Shown here piece after piece: positions 38,101 through 42,813 of a stretch of DNA of 42,813 nucleotides. A program made the translations under genes and the position numbers. Source of the stretch: a virus (taxonomy: Duplodnaviria > Caudoviricetes); the IMG/VR virus record IMGVR_UViG_3300037307_000101, positions 1 to 42,813 of that record; one strand, given 5' to 3'. Under the pieces are notes generated by a model, which saw only the letters and a list, made by a program, of their open reading frames with translations, was not told where the DNA came from and did no database searches. The first letter of the stretch is position 1. The number at the start of each line of letters is the position of its first letter.

Positions 38101-41100
38101 TGGCACGTCCGTCGTCACTGACATCATCATCCTGAAAAAGCGTGACCCCAAGGCCGCCCGCGCTTCAGACGCCAAGTGGATGGACACCGTCGAGGTGAAC
38201 GTCGACGGCGGCACGATCAAGACCAACCAATACTGGCTCGAGCGCCCGGCCAATGTGCTGGGCCGCATGGGATACGGCCACGGCACCACGCGCGGCCGCC
38301 CCGGCATGATTGTAGAGCGCCAGGCCAACTTCCCGGAACAGCTTGCCAGCCTGCCGCAGCGCGTTCCAAAGGACGCCTATCAGCCGATCACGCGCGGCAA
38401 GGAGCCCCGTTTCGTCACCAACAACACGAAGGACCGTCACGGCTCGATTGTCGAGGACAACGGCCAGTTCTACGTCGTGCAGGGCGAGCGCATGGCGCGT
38501 CTCGAGGACATGGTGTCGGCCTTCAATGTGAAGGACAAGGCCAAGGCCGCTACCCGCCGGGATCAGGTGTCCCGCCTCATCCGCCTCCGCAAGGCTTACG
38601 GCGCCCTGATCGACGCCGAGCGCGATAGCGCGCCGAACGTCGAGGATCTGCGCGCGCGCCTCAAGAAGGAATACGACGCGTTCCGCAAGGCGCACGGCAA
38701 GGTCGCCGACAGCGACGGCCTCTTGATCTTTGACCGCATCCAAGATCCGTTCACACCGGCTCTCATCGCGCTCGAGACGCCCGACGGAAAGCCTTCCAAG
38801 ATCCTCACGGAGAGCACCACCCGTCAGCGCCCAAAGCTTGCCAAGCCGTCGATCACAGAGGCGTTCGTGCTTGCGCGCAACGAGGCAATGAGCCTCAATA
38901 TCGACCGCATTGCAGAGCTCTCAGGCAAACCGGCTGCCGAAGTCACCCAGGAGCTGCTATCCACAAAGGCAATCTACCGCACGCCCGGCGGCGGGTTCGA
39001 GGTCGCCGACATCTTCCTTTCCGGCAACGTGCGCCGCAAGCTGCGCGAATTGCAGGAAGCGAAGGAGCGCGGCGAAGACGTCGACGGCTCCATCGAGGCC
39101 GCGCAGGCGGTCATTCCGAAAAACGTGCCGTACTTCCAGATCGAGTCCAAGCTGGGCGCGACATGGGTCCCCAATACCCACTATTCGCAGTTCGTGGCCG
39201 ATCTTCTGGGCGTTGGATCGCAGGGCGCGGACTCCATCGACATCCAGTTCCGCGCCGGCTCGTGGACGGTTCGCTTCCGCGACAACAGTTTCAACGGGCG
39301 CCCCGAGGCCACGATGACGTGGGGGCATGGGCAGTACCCGTTCAACAAGCTCGTCCGGTCTGCGATGAACAACCAGACCATCACCATACGGACCAAGGAC
39401 TCGGACGGCAACCTCGTCGTCGACGCGGGCGCCACGCAAGAGGCCAACAACAAGGCGGCGCGCATCCGCGAGGAATTCACCGCCTGGGCATGGCGCGATG
39501 CCGATCGCAAGGTGTTCCTCGAGCGCCAGTACAACGAGATCATGAACGCCATTGCCACCCCGCGCTATGATGGCTCGTTCCTCGATTTCTCCGGTATGGC
39601 TCTCAGCCGCGGCAATGACCCGTTCTCGCTCCGCAGCCACCAGGTCAACGCTATCTGGCGCGGAATCGCCAACAAGCGCGGCCTTTATGCCCACGAGGTT
39701 GGCACCGGCAAAACCTACACCATGGGCGGCGTCGCGGTTGAAAGCCGCCGCTATGGCATCGCGCGCAAGCCGCTACTCATCGCTCACAATGCCAACTCCG
39801 CCACCGTGGCGCAGGAAATCCAAGAAATGTACCCGGGCGCGTCCGTGCTCTACATTTCGACGCTGAACAAGGAAGACGTCCAGACCACGATGCACCGCAT
39901 CGCCAACGAGGATTGGGACGTCATCGTCATTCCTCACAGCCTCATCGACCGCATGGCGCTCTCCGAGAAGACGCTGATGGAGATCGCGGCAGAAGACATC
40001 CGCGCGCTCGAGGAAGAAGCGATCGCGGCGGCCAGTGAAGACAACGTCGAGCTCGACATCCAAGACATGGATGACGAGGACAAGATGAAGAAGGTCCGCT
40101 CGACGACGGCGAAGCAGCTTGTCCACGCCAGAAACCGGATCATCAAGACCATCAAGGACATGGCAAACCGCGCCTCCAAGGAGGGGGCCGTGTTCTTCGA
40201 GGATATGGGAATTGACCAGATCATCGTCGACGAGGTGCATGAGTTTAAGAAGCCGCCCATTGCCACGAAAATGCGGATGAAGGGGCTCAATGTCCAAAGC
40301 TCCAACCGCTCCATCGCGCTGCGTTTCCTCACCGACTATGTGAAGCGCCTCAACGGCGGCAACGGTGTCCACATTTTCACCGGGACGCCGATCACCAATA
40401 CCCTCACCGAAATCTACAGCATGATGCGCTATGTCATGGACAAGGACATGGAGCAGGACGGGGTGAAGGATTGGGATTCGTGGTTCAACACCTTCGCCGA
40501 TGCCTCGACCGACGTCGAACTGAGCGCCACGGCTGACTATGAGCCGGTCACGCGCCTTGCGGCATTCGTAAACGTTGCGGAATTGCGCCGCATGGCGGGC
40601 TCGGTGATGGACATCGTGTTCGCCAAGGACATGCCAGAGTTCAAGCCGCGCCGCACGCCCGACGGCAAGACCATGGACTCGAAGGATCTGACGGACGCCG
40701 ATCGGCATATCCTTCTGAACGGGCGAACGGAGAAGCCGCAAGGCCGCCCCTACAAGAAAGTCATCACGGATACCGGCCCCCTGGGCGCGCAACAGAAGGT
40801 CATCCTTGATCGGCTTGTAGAACTGGCGCGGGAGTTCAAAAACGCAGGAGGGAAGCAGCGCCGCGACTGGCTGATGCAAGGCGACGAGCGCGTGCCAATC
40901 CGCGTCGAGACGTCGGCGGCCAACGCCGGTCTGGACCCGCGCCTCTACGATATGCAAGCGGCGGACGAGCCGACGTCGAAGGTCAACCGCGCCGTCAAGA
41001 ACATCCTCGCGCACTACCGGGACAGCGACGTTGCCACCCAGGTGATCTTCATGGAGCGCGGCTTCTCCGACTCCTCGACGAAAACAGTAACCACAAAGGC

Positions 41101-42813
41101 CAGTTTCGGCGAGCAAGGAACCACAACAAAAAGCAAAGTAAAGGTCGCCCGCTTCAACCTCGTCAACGACATCATCGAGAAGTTGGTTGCGGCGGGCGTC
41201 CCGCGCAAGGAAATCGCCGTTGTCGATGGCTCGACCAGCAAGGAAAAACGCGGCGAGATCGCGGCCAAAATGAACCGCTCTGAAATCCGCGTCGTGATCG
41301 GCAACACCAAAACGCTGGGTGTCGGCGTCAACATGCAAGTGAACTTGCGCGCCATGCACCACCTCGACGCGCCTTGGACGCCGGGCGAGCTCGAGCAGCG
41401 CAACGGCCGCGGCTGGCGCCAGGGCAACAAGTGGAACACCGTCCTCGAATACCGGTACATCACCGAGAGGCTAGACGGGCGCCGCTGGCAAGTTCTGGCG
41501 GTCAAGGATCGGTTCATCAAGGCTTTTATGCAGGCCGACGAGAACACCCGCATTATCGACGGCGATGCCGTTTCCGCGGAGGAGTCGGAGAGCGCGGACG
41601 ATCTTGCCCGCACCCTTTCCGAGGCCGCCGGCGATCCGCGCATCCTGCTCTTGAACAAGCTGCAAAACGACCTGAACAAGCTCGAAAACCGCGAACGCCT
41701 ACACACCTATGGCATTGCCAACGCCAAGGACAAGATCAAACAGTTGCGCCGCGAAATCGAGTTCAACAAGGAGCGCGCGGTCGTTCTTGCCGACGATGCC
41801 GCGCACTACGAGAAGAACAGCGAGGGCGAATTCAGCGCGGAGATTGACGGAAAGACCTATGACAAGCGCTCCGAGGCAAGCGAGAAGCTAGAGGCCGTCG
41901 CCCTGACGGTGCCGGTTGGCACCCGCCATCAGCAGATTGGTAAGTATCGCGGTTTCCGCATCATGATTACCCGCGCCACGGAAATCATGGGCGCCAGCGT
42001 CTGGGTCGAGAGCAAGGGCGAGTACGGCGTCAAGCCGTCCTTCGCCTCGATAGACGCGACCCTGCGCGGGCTCAAGGAGAGGGCCGAGAAGCTCGCCAAT
42101 AGCGCCGACGTCGAGGAGTCGATCCAGCGTCTCGAGGACATGACCAAGATGCCGTTTGCCCAGCAAGCGGCCTTGGAGAAGAAGGCGCAGGCACTCGCGG
42201 ATCTGCGCCAGGACCTCGAGCTCAACCCTGTTCCGCCGCCGTCGTGGCTGCGGCACGGCGCTCCGGTCGACACCCTCATCTATGTCGACGGCAAGCCGCG
42301 CGCCGTCACCGGCCACAAGTGGAACAAGGACGGCTATTTCGTCCTCACCGAGGAGGGCATGGTCCCCTATCGTGAGGCCAAGACCGATAGTGGGGATTTT
42401 GTCTACGACGAGCACGAATTCACTGTGCCGGTCGACAAGACTGCCGCCTATTCCGAGCTTTCGGAGAAGGCCGTTAGAGACGGGTTCACGGTAAAGGAAC
42501 TGAACGGCGAGTGGCATGTGATCGCGCCGGGGCAATACTCCGCCGCGAAGGGACCGACGAAGGCACAAGCCATCATGGCCTTCAACATGGACCCCAACTA
42601 CGCGTACCTCAAGAATGAGCAGCGCCGCCAGGCCAACCTGTCCTCCTCCACCAAGAAGCCCGTCTTCTACTCCGCGCTTCTCCGCGCCGTGGAGGGCATC
42701 CCGGCGCAGCGCCTGAACCCCTATCGGTTCATCATCAGCGACAAGCAGAAAGCCGCCGTCGTCGCCGAGGTCCGCGCCATCACCCAGCGCATCCTTGGGC
42801 GGCATATCCGAGC
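32147..42813 (+). CDS. Giant polyvalent protein (at least 3555 aa, 3' truncated): pyrophosphatase-like domain, PBECR-type RNase, DarB-like N6-methyltransferase and SNF2 helicase
   Basis: ATG 32147 follows an AGGA RBS. Segments translated by hand stay in one frame to the window end, and the ORF track lists no closed ORF in that frame. Motifs: YGYIRGSTGKDGDQVDVYIG...FDEHK (~33593-34030); IALVWG...GYGLAKIIAWHPE...WLISAF (~35558-35910); ILEPSMGIGNF (37661); NWPF (37862); AHEVGTGKT (39689); DEVH (40229); QRNGRGWRQGN (41396). Confidence 0.92.
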   Translation, partial: MTMFDDLIPKGNSASGGGGMFDDLIPQAQEPGFGDYASEFGRATVRGVGGTTAAMGRGASILTSDTAAEIARVEDGLARLNQMSPEEATAFVRSLPQKLSPAVAFNYGAAARLLWKGDKQGAQSYLDTARKYTDTTPVKQQELFKGAKQLEEATNRAFPQDPRFKGSVTSDVGQALGSTAAFLPIGILTGGTGVAWTGAAAGADQTYQEAQQDLGRMQRDRLNTGTEAYGDEAELKALQAGRLGALPGASEVVPIESFLDQMPKFIPGLRTVANTPAWGRFAKAFGRIGTQVAAEGGQEAFQTWASNVINRITVDPSQEVTEDVLYNALIGGAVGGGMQVGMEGYDAAFGKPAPAPPPPGPQPGTARQEPRLFDDLIPPSSAPGAPPPGPAAPPTAPAAPYVDDAAWLLGAGWSPEQIDDMNPEERAAAAEEARAQGVEPVDMMAGAPEPGTAPMAPRGTRRARQPIQTPEDLEAVRPVVNTEPSEAQKAANNYQKAHVRIAGLNVSIETPRGSVRRGKDPDTGKDWESPKLRADYGYIRGSTGKDGDQVDVYIGPNPQAQTVYVIDQMDLKTGRFDEHKAVLAANSLGEAVDLYVNSFDNPTLDRIGDVTEMSVDEFRQWVKDGKATKRPAAKAGIGTVTPNTPEPVTSVTPPRQRPPRSAPVPSTTQNYTIDNPLGYDGPVDVQLTIREDGNAFIKTPDGEILDVGGMVKAGFSPERIVAQTMGDHPDGAEPDLSKVRPAVNDRNTPESISDIPAETVQNVQNPPDEFDAAFAEGMGQYFGATPEGVYRNPDTPPDTSAADRAFDDFINTKKPLTPEAFAKHAGIDVKEAGQALQRAYGKGRIIQDRNGNLRRKRTFEGPFDVLTWVASIGGVRDDGGELRGMDLGKVMTTLGPVLRNRTGMSLDDLRVRMLEEGILQDRGWNTDQPQETTTADVIEVLRNAIGQKVYAPQDQAAADARETARRNENMPEDWQDLHPVEQRYGPEVWSAIQGFFTESGTTEELWSQQEVDDAAELVAAGMDADSAFERAAIMNVEREPDEIIIDPAMEAAFRKNNPNVMVTFDVPPFPDVETEANAVQQQGSPEEGDGVRTAGADGDASGDEGQAAEEPTEVRGAGEAGTEAGSEEFADEGVEDQGPFGPVFYGYEGRWQEAALKLEEAQTGKAPGALSHPAVGPIALVWGEEGSSRSDGYGLAKIIAWHPEVLGDLQGAIDRMEVTSRSENRIQLASKEDKAAVRLDWDGQQNVWLISAFKKNAPRRTEKFTGSLSDLLAGLAQPDRRGDEDIGQDDAADNGATPTTEQGADNKPQTVLPGAEQASPDQVKGAKLSDAAQKEIEIRKRQSKLRKGGQKGVDEQAGGLFEEKPQGLFDAPQEQAPTDEFDAAFKEGMVQQFGEEESAAAPTASWAEALDPLQQNKVNSPATGLKYGLMQEITLGQPGADGVVAQVYEPNRDGWYSRIGPVDGFRTREEAVAAILEHDAKQKPVKAKPSRAPKSAGKAAASAVKNTAMGLDEVFNGLSALFGDKDKLSSGFTFDEDRYRQALPFFKAGVAHFKEAGRNVREMVLALIGHLAKAGMTAPQIESMKPYLRRFTEDVISGKESLSDGPADENTGDLGQDGIGPDSGGLAPGEPGGAGADPALENSAPEDGKPPAGNRRPRAPRSRPSSQDDRGPASEPGSGNAPDGRPGGSGKGLASEGTGDGGPGAEPEPLATRPNYFINDPEQLIGGTPKVRFAKNRKAIEAFRAISEEGREPTQEDLDAMASYIGWGSFGQELFQGSWARPMPKDGWEKEDAWLRDHLGQDEWESAQRSIINAHYTDPPTVTAMWDMVRAMGFTGGRILEPSMGIGNFFGLMPREIMQKSDLTGIEIDRLTGGMAKLLYPQANIQIKGYQDSKTPDGFYDLVIGNWPFAADGPSDRRYDKLSPTLHDYFFIKALDQVRVGGLVVGITSSGSMDKVGRSARAAMEERADLVASFRLPSGAFEKYAGTSVVTDIIILKKRDPKAARASDAKWMDTVEVNVDGGTIKTNQYWLERPANVLGRMGYGHGTTRGRPGMIVERQANFPEQLASLPQRVPKDAYQPITRGKEPRFVTNNTKDRHGSIVEDNGQFYVVQGERMARLEDMVSAFNVKDKAKAATRRDQVSRLIRLRKAYGALIDAERDSAPNVEDLRARLKKEYDAFRKAHGKVADSDGLLIFDRIQDPFTPALIALETPDGKPSKILTESTTRQRPKLAKPSITEAFVLARNEAMSLNIDRIAELSGKPAAEVTQELLSTKAIYRTPGGGFEVADIFLSGNVRRKLRELQEAKERGEDVDGSIEAAQAVIPKNVPYFQIESKLGATWVPNTHYSQFVADLLGVGSQGADSIDIQFRAGSWTVRFRDNSFNGRPEATMTWGHGQYPFNKLVRSAMNNQTITIRTKDSDGNLVVDAGATQEANNKAARIREEFTAWAWRDADRKVFLERQYNEIMNAIATPRYDGSFLDFSGMALSRGNDPFSLRSHQVNAIWRGIANKRGLYAHEVGTGKTYTMGGVAVESRRYGIARKPLLIAHNANSATVAQEIQEMYPGASVLYISTLNKEDVQTTMHRIANEDWDVIVIPHSLIDRMALSEKTLMEIAAEDIRALEEEAIAAASEDNVELDIQDMDDEDKMKKVRSTTAKQLVHARNRIIKTIKDMANRASKEGAVFFEDMGIDQIIVDEVHEFKKPPIATKMRMKGLNVQSSNRSIALRFLTDYVKRLNGGNGVHIFTGTPITNTLTEIYSMMRYVMDKDMEQDGVKDWDSWFNTFADASTDVELSATADYEPVTRLAAFVNVAELRRMAGSVMDIVFAKDMPEFKPRRTPDGKTMDSKDLTDADRHILLNGRTEKPQGRPYKKVITDTGPLGAQQKVILDRLVELAREFKNAGGKQRRDWLMQGDERVPIRVETSAANAGLDPRLYDMQAADEPTSKVNRAVKNILAHYRDSDVATQVIFMERGFSDSSTKTVTTKASFGEQGTTTKSKVKVARFNLVNDIIEKLVAAGVPRKEIAVVDGSTSKEKRGEIAAKMNRSEIRVVIGNTKTLGVGVNMQVNLRAMHHLDAPWTPGELEQRNGRGWRQGNKWNTVLEYRYITERLDGRRWQVLAVKDRFIKAFMQADENTRIIDGDAVSAEESESADDLARTLSEAAGDPRILLLNKLQNDLNKLENRERLHTYGIANAKDKIKQLRREIEFNKERAVVLADDAAHYEKNSEGEFSAEIDGKTYDKRSEASEKLEAVALTVPVGTRHQQIGKYRGFRIMITRATEIMGASVWVESKGEYGVKPSFASIDATLRGLKERAEKLANSADVEESIQRLEDMTKMPFAQQAALEKKAQALADLRQDLELNPVPPPSWLRHGAPVDTLIYVDGKPRAVTGHKWNKDGYFVLTEEGMVPYREAKTDSGDFVYDEHEFTVPVDKTAAYSELSEKAVRDGFTVKELNGEWHVIAPGQYSAAKGPTKAQAIMAFNMDPNYAYLKNEQRRQANLSSSTKKPVFYSALLRAVEGIPAQRLNPYRFIISDKQKAAVVAEVRAITQRILGRHIR
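35376..35549 (+). CDS. Overprinted +1-frame small basic helical protein (57 aa) nested in the giant gene
   Basis: GGAG upstream; MQFSSKDHQKRAMAFGRLARMATLPETKDRLQKSQQKFEALARQAQKQEAKSSQTKA*. GC3 bias moves to this frame over exactly this interval. Confidence 0.6.
   Translation: MQFSSKDHQKRAMAFGRLARMATLPETKDRLQKSQQKFEALARQAQKQEAKSSQTKA
35909..35993 (-). ncRNA. Predicted ~85-nt antisense structured RNA
   Basis: Starts at the expected distance from the antisense promoter. It has a 7-bp closing stem (35987-35993 with 35916-35922), two internal hairpins and a terminal U5 tract. Confidence 0.5.
36000..36028 (-). promoter_or_regulatory. Antisense sigma70-type promoter embedded in the CDS
   Basis: The minus strand reads GTTGTC-N17-CTATAT, close to the rhizobial RpoD consensus CTTGAC-N17-CTATAT. 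Confidence 0.6.
36957..37319 (+). CDS. Overprinted +1-frame protein (120 aa) nested upstream of the methyltransferase domain
   Basis: AAGGA upstream and a globular helical-looking sequence with Trp/His/Leu. The host frame becomes a G/P/E linker with many A/T-ending codons while this frame carries the GC3 bias. Confidence 0.7.
   Translation: MDQQTRTLAIWAKTESARIAEDWPPGNRAERELIQHWRTARPKMVSRLQETGALAPLAHVLHHKMIEALHRNRAAGMPPTDAREEAEKDWLLREPETEDQEQNQSPSPLARIISSMTPSN

Noticed and set aside
1-42813. CRISPR array, diversity-generating retroelement, tRNA genes, integrase/att site, lysis cassette
   Set aside because: No repeat-spacer array, reverse transcriptase, cloverleaf, recombinase or endolysin motifs were recognised by eye. 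Lifestyle (temperate or lytic) cannot be fixed from this window.

Overview
This is a high-GC, almost entirely + strand segment of a tailed dsDNA phage or prophage with podovirus-like virion genes. An alphaproteobacterial (Rhizobiales-like) host is inferred from gene content and promoter style. Positions 1-6427 hold a translationally coupled early/replication operon: a methyltransferase deletion scar, a RuvC-like resolvase, a ParB-like protein, several DNA-binding proteins, a DUF1376/YdaU-type initiator with an HNH insert and internal iterons, a loader-like protein and a WYL protein. A promoter/terminator at about 6410-6560 precedes the late operon: terminase with a class 3 LAGLIDADG intein, portal, an inserted block of beta-rich structural genes, scaffold, major capsid, adaptor, tail fibres, nozzle and ejection proteins. 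The window ends in a giant ORF (32147 to beyond 42813, at least 3555 codons) that is missing from the ORF track because it has no stop codon here. It encodes a polyvalent protein with a pyrophosphatase-like domain, a PBECR-type RNase domain and a DarB-like methyltransferase plus SNF2 helicase. The most interesting signals lie inside that gene: two overprinted +1-frame genes placed just before catalytic domains, and an antisense promoter driving a predicted ~85-nt structured RNA just after the RNase domain. All family calls come from motif recognition, not database searches. No integrase, lysis cassette, tRNA or CRISPR was seen.
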